From Antedon mediterranea (taxonomy: Eukaryota > Animalia > Echinodermata), in NCBI RefSeq assembly GCF_964355755.1, contig NC_092672.1:17311237-17375236 (forward strand): a DNA stretch of 64,000 nt. Reading direction: 5' to 3'. A program made the position numbers and the translations under genes. This document shows positions 1 through 13,825 of this stretch, piece by piece (positions within the stretch are counted from its first letter, which is position 1; each line of letters starts with the position of its first letter). The notes beneath the pieces are model-generated. The model was not told the origin of the DNA. It saw nothing but the letters and a program-made list of their open reading frames with translations, and did not search any database.

Positions 1-576
1 ACGTAATTTCGAGTTGAAAAGTAAGTCAAGAAAACTGAAATCGGGCAAAAAGAGTGCGCAATAACATTTAACGCGCAGTGCGCGCAAAAATATGCGCACT
101 CATGGCAATTTTGTAAACGCTTAAAATTGCCTGAAACGTACTCTTATTTCATCGAAAATAAATTTTGAAAATTGTAAGCGCGCGTACGCATGCGTTACAT
201 GCGCTACGCACGTAATTGTATTGCCATATGATGATTTATGCCCTGAGATTTATGAGTACCAAATTTTATTTAATTGTGATTCATGGTTGTGAAGATATGA
301 TTACAAACGTGATTTCGTTAAATCGTGCGTAGACCGCGTAATTTTTTATTGCGCACCGTGAAAACATAACCACATTGATTCCTGGCCATAAGGAATATAC
401 TGTGAAAAATTGACCTAGCTAGATTAAACTGATATCAAGATAAGGTCAGAAAGCGATAAAACGCATAGTGATACCGGACCGACAGACCGACAGACAGACA
501 GACCGACAGACAGACAGACAGATCGACCAACCGACCGACATAGTGAACTATAGAGTCGCTTCCACGCGACTAAAAA
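1..576 (-). mobile_element. Helentron-associated (HINE/DINE-1-like) non-autonomous element, one end only (runs off the window's left edge)
   Basis: Minus strand reads TTTTT-AGTCGC-gtggaa-GCGACT (hairpin at 554-571), then a (GTCG/GTCT)n microsatellite. This T-run, short inverted repeat, GTCY-microsatellite order is the known HINE/DINE-1 layout. Confidence 0.55.
477..540. repeat. (GACA/GACC)n tetranucleotide microsatellite
   Basis: Directly visible; explains the QTDR-repeat ORF 468..665. Confidence 0.95.
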
Positions 577-2460
577 TGGTCGAAATCTGTGTAGTTTCTC
601 ATCTCTTCACAGTAATGTTTTTAAAACCTCTTCAAATAAAGCTAATATATAAAGAAATACAATAAACATGGACCTATAATTCATAGGTTCATGCAATAAG
701 TATCACATTTTTCGATTGGCCGCTTCCTTACAAAAAATCTCATTTTTAGTAAGGTGCTCACAGCTGCTTACGGTAAGCACCAAATGCACTAGTTAGATAG
801 GAAGAACAAACAGGCTTTTCAAAGTGCGTCCGTGGGAGGTAACCGCTTACACAGGAGGTGCCCGCTGTAAATAAAATATGGGGTTTTCATGAATACAAAT
901 AATCACAGAAGAAAGTGCTTACGAATATGACCTTGTGAAACTAAACGGTAATTTGAAAATGCAAATAAGGCATGCCTGCTAATAATCTACAAATTTAAAT
1001 TTGTATACGATAAATATGCAAAATCTAAAGAATATCTCAATTTTAGTTACCATAGTAAATGTTGCTATGCATAACTAAGGGAAATTAAATAATTATCAGA
1101 TAATTATTAATTAATAATTAATACTGAATCCAACCATCACAGTAAAAAAAATATAGAATTTAAAACCAATATTTAATAATAAAGTGTGATATTTACATGC
1201 TGACCTTAAATGAAATGAAATTTCACATCAGGGCTTCAATATTTGTTATGTAGCATTAACATACCTGAGTATATCATTGACTTTTGATTGGTTCTATTTT
1301 GGGGAGGGGAAAGTGGTAGATCCAGGACTTTGAAATAGTTAGGGGTTGGAGGCGAGGGTCTAAAAACATAACTTAATGTCCTATCTTTTGCATTGCAATT
1401 TTTAACTTGGGGTGGGTGGGGCTTGGAGAAAGGGAGGGGGTGGGATGGAGGAGTTTGAATTCGTCTATTTGTTTGGGGCGATGGTAGCGGCAGTGTGGGT
1501 GGTACTTGAATGCATGCATTTGACACTCTATAGTGGATGATCGACCAAAGTGTTACAGTTTCTCTTTTTGTGATTATTGTCGGGGTAGGGTGGGGGGGTG
1601 TGGTAATCGAAAGTGGTGGTGGATGGGTATGTGGCATTTGCTTAGGTTAGCAAATAAAAGAAGTAAACAAATGAAAGAGGAGCTTCAAAAAAAGAGAGGA
1701 GTAATCTGTTGCAAAGATTAAAATTCACAACGATCTGATAATTTATTCAAATTTCCAGAGGATATAACCTATAAAATGACATTAAAACTTGGAATTACAG
1801 AATCTTTAATTAAAAACATTATTTTTTTTTCTCACAACACAACTAGAACTATATAAAACATTGAGAATTTTCCTGACCAATGAGTTTCAAATCAAATAAT
1901 CAAAGAAAATAAAATGTTTTTACTAATATACCATGTTTTTTTTTATAAAAATGCCTATGTTTCTCGCAACACTGCTTGTAGATTTTTTAATTACCCCAGT
2001 ATTTTATTTTAGATATCAATTATTAAACATTAGAACTACCTATTTGTAATAAATCAGCTAAAAAAATACACCACTTTGGGCGTTATAGTTAAAAACACCC
2101 CTTTTTAAATAAATGGTATCTCCCAAAGTATGAAATAAAAAAAAATAAAAAAATATGAAACAGGTACACAATGCATTGTTATTATGCATAAACTAATTAT
2201 TTTTTATAATTAAATGAACAAAACAAAAATATCGTTCATCAAAGTAGTACCAATATCCATTTTAAAAAACCTTAAAAAAGGACAAAATTTGTCAAAAACA
2301 CAAATTTGGCCGTTGCCATGGAAATATACGTGTGAAATAAAAAATACTTCATATATGATTTTTCTCAACACATATATAGCCATGTTCAAAATTTGAAAGA
2401 AATCCATTTTTTTGAGTCTGCCACTCTTTTTGATATTTCTTTGATTCTTACAGACAATGA

Positions 2461-3440
2461 ATGGCTCTTAAAACGTTCCCAAATGCGATTTGAAGCTATT
2501 TTGTACATTTTGATGTTTTGTGTAACCAAGTTTCATCGAAATACACAAAATGGTCTAAAACGTCTCCAAATGCGATTTCAAGCTATTTTGTACAATTTGA
2601 TGTTTTGTGTGAAAATGTTTTTTTCGAAATGCTCAAAATGGTCTAAAACGTTTCCAAATACGATATTAAGCTATTTTGTGCACTTTGATGTTTTTGTGTA
2701 AAAAGTTTAATCGAAATGCTCAAAATGGTCTAAGACGGTTTAGAATGTGATTTTAAGCTATTTTGTACAATTTGATGTTTTGTGTGAATATATTTTGTCG
2801 AAATGCTCAAAATGGTCTAAAAACGTTTCCAAATACGATATTAAGCTATTTGTGCACTTTGATGTATTTGTGTAAAAAGTTTTTTCGAAATGCTCAAAAT
2901 GGTCTAAAACGGTTTCAAATGTGATTTTAAGCACTTTGATGTTTTTGTGTAACCAAGTTTCATCGAAATGCGCAAAATGGTCTAAAACGTCTCCAAATGA
3001 GATTTGAAGCTATTTTGTACATTTTGATGTTTTGTGTGAAAAAGTTTAATCGAAATGCTCAAAATGGTCTAAAACGTCTCCAAATGCGATTTAAAGTTAT
3101 TTTGTACAATTTATGTTTTGTGTGAAAAAGTGTTGTCGAAATGCTGAAATGGTTTAAAACGTTTCCAAATACGATTTAAGCTATTTTGTGCACTTTGATG
3201 TTTTTTTGTGAAAGTTTTATAGAAATGCTCAAAATGGTCTAAAACGGTTTGAAATGTGATTTTAAACACTTTGATGTTTTTTTGTAACAAGTTTCATCGA
3301 AATGCACAAAATGGTCTAAAACGTCTCCAAATGCGATTTGAAGTTATTTTGTACAATTTGATATTATGTGTGAAAAAGTTTTGTCGAAATGCTCAAAATG
3401 ATATAAAACGGTTTCAAATGTGATTTTAAGCACTTTGACG
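2461..3440 (-). repeat. 88-bp satellite, inverted left block
   Basis: Reverse complement of the main monomer (aaatgcgatttgaagctattttg...aaaatggtctaaaacgtctcc). Orientation flips at about 3439-3446. Confidence 0.9.
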
Positions 3441-6400
3441 TTTTTGACCATTTTGTGCATTTCGATGAAACTTGGTTACACAAAAACACAAAATGTACAA
3501 AATAGCTTCAAATCGAATTTCGAGACGTTTTAGACCATTTTGTGTATTTCGATGAAACTTGGTTACACAAAAACATCAAAGTGCTTAAAATCACACACTT
3601 CAAAACGTTTTAGATCATTTTGAGCATTTCGACAAAACTTTTTCACACAAAATATCAAATTGTACAAAATAGCTTCAAATCGCATTTGGAGACTTTTTAA
3701 ATCATTTTGTGCATTTCGATGAAACTTGGTTACACAAAAACATCAAAGTGTTTAAAATCACATTTGAAACCGTTTTAGATCATTTTGAGCATTTCGACAA
3801 AAACTTTTTAACACAAAATATACAATTGTACAACATAGCTTCAAATCGCATTTTTGAGACATTTTAGACCATTTTGAGCATTTCAATAAAACTTTTAACA
3901 CTAAAACATCACAGTGCACAAAATAGATTAATATCATATTTAGAAACGTTTTAGACCATTTTGAGCATTACGACAAAACTTTTTCACACAAAACATCAAA
4001 TTGTACAACATAGCTTCAAATCGCATTTGGAGACGTTTTAGACCATTTTGAGCATTTCAATAAAACTTTTAACACTAAAACATCAAAGTGCACAAAATAG
4101 ATTAATATCGTATTTAGAAACGTTTTAGACCATTTTGAGCATTTCGACAAAACTTTTTTACACAAAATATACAATTGTACAACATAGCTTCAAATCGCAT
4201 TTTGAGACATTTTAGACCCTTTTGTGATTTTCGAAAAAACTTGTTAACATAAAAACACCAAAGTGCTTAGAATAGCTTAAAATCGCATTTGGAGACGTTT
4301 TATACCATTTTGTGATTTTCGAAAAAACTTGTTAACATAAAAACATCAAAGTGCTTAAAATCACATTAGAAACCGTTTTAGACCATTTTGAACATTTCGG
4401 TAAAACTTTTCACACAAAAACATCAAAGAGCACAAAATAGCTTAATATCGTATTCAAAAACGTTTTTGACCATTTTGAACATTTCGACAAAAAATGTTCA
4501 CACAAAACAGCAAAGTACTAAGAATAGCTTCAAATCGCATTTGGAGACATTTTAGACCATTTTGTGATTTTCGAAAAAACTTGTTAACATAAAAACACCA
4601 AAGTGCTTAGAATAGCTTCAAATCGCATTTTGAGACATTTTAGACCCTTTTGTGATTTTCGAAAAAACTTGTTAACATAAAAACATCAAAGTGTACAGAA
4701 TAGCTTAAAAACGCATTTGGGGACGTTTTAGACCATTTTGTGATTTTCGAAAAAACTTGTTACATAAAAACATCAAAGTGTACAGAATAGCTTCAAATCG
4801 CATTTGGAGACGTTTTAGAACATTTTCTGATTTTCGAAAAAAACTTGACAACATAAAAACACCAAAGTGCTTAGAATACCTTCAAATCGCATTTGGAGAG
4901 GTTTTAGACCATTTTGTGATTTTCGAAAAAACTTGTTAACATAAAAATATCAAAGTGTACAGAATAGCTTCAAATCGCATTTTGAGACGTTTTAGACCAT
5001 TTTGTGATTTTCGAAAACAAACTTGTGAACATAAAAACACCAAAGTGCTTAGGATAGCTTCAAATCGCATTTGGAGAAGTTTTAGACCATTTTGTGATTT
5101 TCGAAAAAAACTTGTTAACATAAAAACACCAAAGTGCTTAGAATAGCTTCAAATCGCATTTTGAGACATTTTAGACCAATTTGTGATTTTCGAAAAAACT
5201 TGTTCACATAAAAACACCAAAGTGCTTAGAATAGCTTCAAATCGCATTTGGAGACGTTTTAGACCATTTTGTTGTTTTCGCAAAAAACTTGGTTACACAA
5301 AAACATCAAAGTGCTTAAAATCACATTAGAAACCGTTTTAGAACATTTTGAGCATTTCGACAAAAAATTTTCACACAAAACAGCAAAGTGTACAGAAAAA
5401 TTTCAAATCGTATTTGGAGACGTTTTAGACCTTTTTGTGATTATCGAAAAAACTTGTTAACATAGAAACACCAAAGTGCTAAGAATAGCTTCAAATCGGA
5501 TTTGGAGACATTTTAGACCATTTTGTGATTTTCGAAAAAAGTTGTTAACATAAAAACACCAAAGTGCTTAGAATAGCTTCAAATCGCATTTGGAGACGTT
5601 TTAGACCATTTTGTGATTTTCGAAAAAACTTGTTAACATAAAAACACCAAAGTGCTAAGAATAGCTTCAATTCGCATTTGGAGACGTTTTAGACCATTTT
5701 GTGATTTTCGAAAAAACTTGGTTACACAAAAACATCAAAGTGTACATAATAGCTTCAAATCCCATTTAGAGACGTTTTAGACCATTTTCTGATTTTCGAA
5801 AAAAACTTGACAACATAAAAACACCAAAGTGCTTAGAATAGCTTCAAATCGCATTTGGAGAGGTTTTAGACCATTTTGTGATTTTCGAAAAAACTTGTTA
5901 ACATAAAAATATCAAAGTGTACAGAATAGCTTCAAATCGCATTTTAAGACGTTTTAGACCATTTTGTGATTTTCGAAAACAAACTTGTGAACATAAAAAC
6001 ACCAAAGTGCTTAGGATAGCTTCAAATCGCATTTGGAGAAGTTTTAGACCATTTTGTGATTTTCGAAAAAAACTTGTTAACATAAAAACACCAAAGTGCT
6101 TAGAATAGCTTCAAATCGCATTTGGAGACATTTTAGACCAATTTGTGATTTTCGAAAAAACTTGTTCACATAAAAACACCAAAGTGCTTAGAATAGCTTC
6201 AAATCGCATTTGGAGAAGTTTTAGACCATTTTGTGATTTTCGCAAAAAACTTGGTTACACAAAAACATCAAAGTGCTTAAAATCACATTAGAAACCGTTT
6301 TAGAACATTTTGAGCATTTCGACAAAAAATTTTCACACAAAACAGCAAAGTGTACAGAAAAACTTCAAATCGTATTTGGAGACGTTTTAGACCTTTTTGT

Positions 6401-7763
6401 GATTATCGAAAAAACTTGTTAACATAGAAACACCAAAGTGCTAAGAATAGCTTCAAATCGGATTTGGAGACATTTTAGACCATTTTGTGATTTTCGAAAA
6501 AAGTTGTTAACATAAAAACACCAAAGTGCTTATAATAGCTTCAAATCGCATTTGGAGACGTTTTAGACCATTTTGTGATTTTCGAAAAAACTTGTTAACA
6601 TAAAAACACCAAAGTGCTAAGAATAGCTTCAAATCCCACAAAATAGATTAATATCGTATTTAGAAACGTTTTAGACCATTTTGAGCATTTCGACAAAACT
6701 TTTTCACACAAAATATACAATTGTACAACATAGCTTCAAATCAAAAATTTGTTATTTTCGCAAAAAACTTGGTTACACAAAAACATCAAAGTGCTTAAAA
6801 TCACATTAGAAACCGTTTTAGAACATTTTGAGCATTTCGACAAAAAATTTTCACACAAAACAGCAAAGTGTACAGAAAAACTTCAAATCGTATTTGGAGA
6901 CGTTTTAGACCTTTTTGTGATTATCGAAAAAACTTGTTAACATAGAAACACCAAAGTGCTAAGAATAGCTTCAAATCGGATTTGGAGACATTTTAGACCA
7001 TTTTGTGATTTTCGAAAAAAGTTGTTAACATAAAAACACCAAAGTGCTTAGAATAGCTTCAAATCGCATTTGGAGACGTTTTAGACCATTTTGTGATTTT
7101 CGAAAAAACTTGTTAACATAAAAACACCAAAGTGCTAAGAATAGCTTCAAATCGCATTTGGAGACGTTTTAGACCATTTTGTGATTTTCGAAAAAAACTT
7201 GGTTACACAAAAACCTCAAAGTGTACATAATAGCTTCAAATCGCATTTGGAGACGTTTTAGACCATTTTCTGATTTTCGAAAAAACTTGGTAACATAAAA
7301 ACACCAAAGTGCTTAGAATAGCTTCAAATCGCATTTGGAGACGTTTTAGACCATTTTCTGATTTTCGAAAAAACTTGTTAACATAAAAACAGCAAAGTGC
7401 TTAGAATAGCTTCAAATCGCATTTGAAGACGTTTTAGACCATTTTGTGATTTTCGAAAAATACTTGGTAACATAAAAACACCAAAGTGCTTAGAATAGCT
7501 TCAAATCGCATTTGGAGACGTTTTAGACCATTTTCTGATTTTCGAAAAAACTTGTTAACATAAAAACAGCAAAGTGCTTAGAATAGCTTCAAATCGCATT
7601 TGAAGACGTTTTAGACCATTTTGTGATTTTCGAAAAAAACTTGGTTACACAAAAACACCAAAGTGCTTAAAATACCTTCAAATCGCATTTGGAGACATTT
7701 TAGAACATTTTGTGAATTTCGAAAAAACTTGGTTACACAAAAACACCAAAGTGCTTAAAATAG
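3441..7763 (+). repeat. 88-bp satellite array, segment 1
   Basis: Monomer AATAGCTTCAAATCGCATTTGGAGACGTTTTAGACCATTTTGTGATTTTCGAAAAAACTTGTTAACATAAAAACACCAAAGTGCTTAG (88 bp) plus ~77-78 bp variants. Confidence 0.97.
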
Positions 7764-8473
7764 TGTAATATTGTGTTGTGTTGTTGTACTGACTTTTAAT
7801 GAAGACTCTTACTCGCTTAACTGTCGTAACACATATTGTTTATTCAGTATAATACTTCAGTACAATATACAACTATAAGTATAGATAAGGAACGGAGGAT
7901 CAGTGATGCTGTCGGTGAGGTGTGAAGTGTGTTGGTCTGCTTCTGAAGAAGTGTCTGTGAGGTGTGTGCTCCGTGAAGTGGCTGTAAGGTGTGTGCTCCG
8001 TGAAGTGGCTGTAAGGTGTGTGCTCCGTGAGGTGGCTGTAAGGTGTGTGCTCCGTGAAGTGGCTGTAAGGTGTGTACTCCGTGAGGTGGCTGTAAGGTGT
8101 GTCTGGGCCCTTCTGAAACTTGGGGGTATATTGGCTTTGGTTCATTTGCATATGTCACTACGTCATCTGTGAGGGTAACGATTGGTCCTAAGTTGGTCCA
8201 GGGGTGTTTAAGTGGGAATGATTGATCTTATCTTGGGAGGTTACAATGATGAATTGGCCGTGTCGAATCTCTGCTTAAAACTGTCAATATCTAATTGTTT
8301 TACGATGGGAACAGTCACAAAGTTATTCTTTAGGGATTCGATTATAAACTAAATGGTCATTAAAACATCTGGACAAACTCTCCTCTGGACTTTCTGGGTC
8401 AAGTTTGTGAACTTATTTGAATTCTGATACAAAGTTCAATTTCTTAATTATAAAAGTATATCATTATATTACA
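7764..8473 (-). repeat. 3' LTR (710 bp)
   Basis: Direct repeat of 21589-22298 (offset 13825); about 10 substitutions by eye. Confidence 0.97.
7951..8102. repeat. 27-bp minisatellite inside the LTR (also at ~21776-21927)
   Basis: (GTGGCTGTAAGGTGTGTGCTCCGTGAR) about 5.6 copies. Confidence 0.93.
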
Positions 8474-8494
8474 TCCCTCTGTTTCCCTTTTTTT
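8474..8494 (-). promoter_or_regulatory. Polypurine tract (PPT)
   Basis: Minus strand AAAAAAAGGGAAACAGAGGGA directly abuts the 3' LTR. Confidence 0.85.
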
Positions 8495-9382
8495 CTTCTA
8501 ATCTATTTAAAATATAAAAATGGTTATAATAGTGGCATGCAAAATTCAAAGTTATATAAAAGAAAAAAAACATTATTATACATATAAGCAAAATTGAGTT
8601 AGCCAAAACCATTGACACTGAAGTGTAACCTTATCACTTTCACTCTCTCTCTTCTCTTTCTTAAAAAAAATTAAAATAAAAAATGAATTTGGTATAAAGA
8701 TTTGCGTAAATCAAACATAAATTGGTTAAAAATAAAAATACAAAACTTAAAAATAGTATGTTACATTGAACATACGTCACAAATCGTGCGACAACTCATC
8801 GCGTTCTGATGGCCTTCAAACATAAATCATCAAATCAAAACATAAAACTCAAGAAACTGTGGCTGATTAGCCTAAAATCAAAATATCAAACTTAATCACT
8901 TAAAACTTTAAAAGAAACAAATGTGTGTGTCCCGTTGACACAAACTTATCCACAATATATCGTTATCATCACAACTTTATTGATTTAAGCATTTATATTT
9001 ACAGGTAATTACGATTTCAATCGGTCGACAAATTCGACTTTTGTACTCAATGTCAAAAAAATTACAATTAAAAGTACTAAGAAAATCTCCTGTTTTTTGT
9101 ATACCAATTAATTATTGCTTGAGATTAACGACTCAAAGGTTAAACAAAATATTTGTTACAAAATGATTGTCGTTCTTTTTCAATATCTCAATATATCGAT
9201 CATTAAAATTCAAAATTAATCTTTATCAAACTCGTTACAAATCAATACTTAAACATAAATTCAATTCTCTTTTAACTGAAATCTCATCATTACTAAAAAA
9301 ATATCATCAAATAAGTAGACTATGCTATCATTAAATTAGCAAATGTCGTAATTAAAAAAAATTTCTTGCAAAAACAATTAAA

Positions 9383-11360
9383 TCAGTAACTTGTTGCATT
9401 ATACAAACGTTTTATGAATCGTTTTGGCGATCCACTTATCGGTATCTGTTTATCATTAATGATCTCTTTAATTAATTTATCTGTATCGTTATATCTGTCA
9501 ATATTCCACCAAAATTTGCGATCATTAGATTCATGTTTTGTTTTATCAGTGTTGCGTTTGACTGAAGTCGGTTTAGAATATGAAACTAAAACTTGGAAAT
9601 GTCCTGCTTTAAATCTACTTCGGTTTAATGTCATATTTGAATCATTAGGTGCTGTCATAATTAGATTAGTTTGTTCCTTAATTTGTTCTTCTTTCATTTG
9701 GAATGGGGCTGCTAATGCCATGTTATTCTCTACACAGTCAATGTAAGGTTGCAAGTTAAGGGGTTCTACTTTAGTTGGATGTGTATAGGATTGCAATTGG
9801 ACTGGTGTCCTATTATCTTCGTCTACAAATTCAACATTGATTTCGTCATTTACTACATTAATGGTGTTTTGAATTTTCTCGTTAGTATCATCAGTGGGTT
9901 CATTCAACAATTGTTTAAATAGATGTGTAAAATGTCTGCGTTCTTTAGGCGTTCTCATAAAACAGGGTTTCAGTCTGTTATAATTGAATACGCGAAGTAT
10001 TTCTCCTTTAATCTTTGCTAGGATGTAGTGTGTTCTGTCTAGTACTTCATGAATTACTAATGGTCCGACCCATTCTGTGGCGATTTTCTTTGAATTTGCC
10101 GTTAGTGATGATGATGTTGGCTTGTATAAATATACGAGTTGTCCTACTGAGTAAATTGGACTTTTTTCTAAGCGTTGGAAAATCTTTTGAGTTTTGGACG
10201 TTTTGTTGTGTTCGCTGTAATTGTAGCATTGTCTGTGAAATGTTTTGAAATTTCTTCTTGAGATGTTCAAAGTATTCTTCATAGGAATGAGACAATCCTG
10301 AAATAGGGTAAAATGCTAATGAGGTCAAACTTGGAGGTTGGCGGCCAAAAACTAATTCGTACGTGGAGTGGTTTCCTAGATGTGGGATGAAAACGAGTTA
10401 TAAGCATAACATTTTGTTGATACAAATCTAACCCAATCTGTTCCGAATTGGTTAAGGTTGACCTTTAACAGGTCCGATACGGTGCGGATATGACGTTCAA
10501 CTTGTAAACTACCGTGATTGTGGACGCTGATGATTTTCCTATCAATATTAAGGGTGTTACATAATAGTGTTAATAATTTTCCTGTAAGAGAGGTTGCTGC
10601 ATCTGAAATAAGACGAGATGGGGGTCCAAAAATACTGATGACCTTTTGAATTAGTGCTTCGCAAATTGTTTCGGGATTTCAAAGGTACACAAATCAAAAA
10701 TCTAGTAATTTCATCACATACTACCATAATATGTTTAAAACCTGAAGGTGATGTTGGCATACTCTTAAAATCTAGACTGAGTGTATGAAAGGGACGGTAA
10801 GTTGCTGGTACTCGATCGTGTAAAGGACGTAATTTATCGGTTTTGGGACGAAATTGTTGACATCTAAGACACGCTTGGGTATAATTGTTGACTTTCTCGA
10901 ACATAAGGGGCATGTAAAATAATTTCCTAATAGTAAGGTAAGTACGCATCGTACCTTGGTGGCTATTTAACAAATTGTCGTGATACTGAGAAATAATAGT
11001 CTCGGCTAAGTTTTCAGGAACAGCTAATTGCAATACAAATTCTCCACCTTTATCTTGGAAAAATAAACGGAATAGTAAACCGTTCCACAATATGTACTGC
11101 TCTGACTTATTCTGAACTGCACGAGCTGCTTTCTTATCAGCTGGAAGGATATCATGAGCTAAATAATCGTAAACTGGCTTAAAAAATGGTGAAGTTTCTT
11201 GTTCAACACGTAATTGTTTAACATCTACTGGGAGGTTATAATCTATAATTATCTTTCTTTGAATAACATCCATTAATCTATCTAAGTCTTGTTGTTTTGG
11301 GATGTGTGCTGACTTAAATTCAGTTATGTTGGGTACTAGTGGTTTGGGCGATGTATACAA
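9383..11360 (-). pseudogene. Gypsy integrase, frameshifted
   Basis: HHCC zinc motif (YHDNLLNSHQG...CLRC), SLDFK, ISDAA and QVERH catalytic regions, and a GPY/F-like WVGPL segment, split over ORFs 10557..11360, 10047..10328 and 9383..10282. Confidence 0.9.
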
Positions 11361-11561
11361 TTCAACTGGTACATTTCGATGTGTAGTGTCTTTGCTTTGC
11401 TTATTTTTGTCTACTAGTCGTTCCTATGGAGGTTGTCGAATGTTTACATTACGTATTGGGGGTGGCGTTACGATAGGTGGCGTTATGATAGGCGGTGATC
11501 GATGTGCGTTTGTTTGTTGTCTCGTGATTATCTGTGGTGTAGCGGTAGGTTGAGGTGTAGG

Positions 11562-13538
11562 TCACGTGTTTGTTGTCACTGGATTTTGATTAATGACGGG
11601 CGTTTGTACTGGTTTGGGTTTATGTAGGTCAGGTATATTTATTCCCATTTTCTTGGCGTATGACCTTGTTACTGGTCTGCTAGTAGATGTGTTTGTAATC
11701 GGGTTAAGATATTCGGTCTCTGTAATATGAAATGCAATGGGTACAACTTGATCAATTTCGGAGTCGTCATCACGAGGGGCTCGGGGGAGAAAATCTGCTA
11801 AAACTAATTCAGTTCCTTTCTTATAACCAATTTGGAAAATGTATCCGGACAATCGTAATATTAGTTTCTGTAGACGGGGTGTACATGGCTGATCTTTTGA
11901 ATTCCAAATTTGTACAATTGCTGAGTGGTCTACGAATGCATCAAATTCGCAACCCTTTAGTAAGTGTCGAAATGCTGAAACGTTAATGTAAAGTCCAAAT
12001 AACTCTAATTCTGTGACGCTATATCGTTGACAGGCTTGTGGTAAGATTTTAGAATAGTAACCTATTATGTGTTCTTTACCGATTACTGTTTGTGTTAAAT
12101 ATGAACCTGTTGCGGTTCTTGAAGTGTCGCTATATAGCGTATATCTACCTTTTTTTCTAGGCATTTGAAGAGTTGGTGGTTTAACCATTAATTGTTTAAT
12201 TTCTTCAAATGCTTTCTGGTGTTCAGTAGACCAAATAAATTTTCGGTGTTTACTTGCGAGTGTATGTAACGGACGTAAAATTGATTGTATTTGAGGGAAA
12301 AAATGGGATACATAATTTACTGCACCAATAAATCGTTTAGTTTCTTTATGGGTTCGTGGGACTGGCAAATTTCGGATAGCTGCACACCTGTCGCCTAATG
12401 GTGTGATACATGCGTGTCCTGAAGAATTAATCAGGATGGTGTGTCCCATATATTGCACTTTATTCTTGAATAACTTACATTTCTTTGGACAAATTCTAAA
12501 ACCATTTAATTGTAGGGCTTGTAAAACGGAAACAAGGTGCTGCTTATGAGCAAATTTTTCTTGGCTAAATAAAATAATATCATCATGATGGGCGATACAG
12601 AATTCTCTAGAACTTGGGATTTCATTTAAAATTTCGTCAATCTTTGCTTGGAATATACCTGGCGAAACGTTTAATCCTTGTGCTAATCTCTTATAATAAT
12701 AATGTTTTCCACCATAATATGAAGCTATACCTGTGTATTGTTGGGCATGTTCGGCAAATGGTACACAGTGGAACGCTGATTTCAAATCAATTACGCTAAG
12801 AATCTGTGCATTAGCGTTACCTATTGTTTTCAAAGTTTCGGCTAATAATGGGAACGGGTGATTAATACGTTTTATCCTGGAATTTAGATAGCGAAAGTCT
12901 GTGACAACTCTTTTATCTTTTGAATTTTTCTTTGAAACAAGAAGGACAGGGGAAGTATACGATTGGTGTCCTACTGCTAAGATTCCTAGTTTGACTAATT
13001 TGTTCAATTCGGCCTCAATAACATGTTTGTCTTTGTCTGTCGTGAAGTATGGTCGAATAAAAAATGGTTCATCGTTAGAGAGGGGTATGTCAGCTTTGAA
13101 GTTTGGGCAGCTAGATTGTTCACCATAAAGTGAAAATGCGTTTCTGTTTTGTTGTAATGTTTTATACAAATCTTCTTTTTCTCTATGTGTTAAAACGCTG
13201 TCTGTTAAATCAACTTGTTTTCTGATTATTTCCTCCTCGGTTAAAGATAGCAATGGGTCTGTACGTTCTAAATGTGGGTACTTGTTTGCGTTGTCATTGG
13301 TCAACTTTATTCTATCAATTTGTAGGTCGTTAGTAACTGTTACAAGGTTGGTTAAATGAAGGCTCGCGATAGGTTGATGTGTATTAAGGGATACGTTTCT
13401 GTTTGTGTTGTTAGTGATATCAATGTTGGTTTCTCCTCTATGTAATTTTACTAACATATCTGATGGACAAAGTTTTGAAATATGGGTAGTTGCATGTAGA
13501 ACAACATCGGAATTGCGTACGAAGGCGGGAACCCTTCC

Positions 13539-13542
<4 letters not shown>
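11562..13542 (-). pseudogene. Gypsy reverse transcriptase + RNase H, cut off from the protease by the LINE
   Basis: RVVTDFRYLN, IDLKSAF, LAQGL, HHDD, YMGH, LYSDTS, TELEL, FVDH and LADFL motifs. The annotated N-terminus (INQS repeats) is LINE tail sequence. Confidence 0.93.

Positions 13543-13578
<36 letters not shown>
13543..13578 (-). repeat. (AATC)n LINE 3' tail
   Basis: About 9 copies of GATT on the plus strand. Confidence 0.93.
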
Positions 13579-13825
13579 CTTTTATTTTTCACACAACATT
13601 CTTAAAAATATAAATAAAAGATTAAGTACAATAAAGTGTGAAAAACAGGATAACCACAAGCAAGCAAAGCTTTTAATCTGTGGCACCCTAACTTAAAATA
13701 TAAATTTACAAATATATTACAAAAAAATGTTTTCATGTAGTAAATAAATGAAGGAAAATACAACGTACTATAATATAACATATATATATACATCAGTCTC
13801 AGAATATATACGAGAATGTAATTAA

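Noticed and set aside
1236-1721. Pro-rich ORF and G-run region
   Set aside because: Low-complexity G tracts; no domain or splice support. G-quadruplex potential only.
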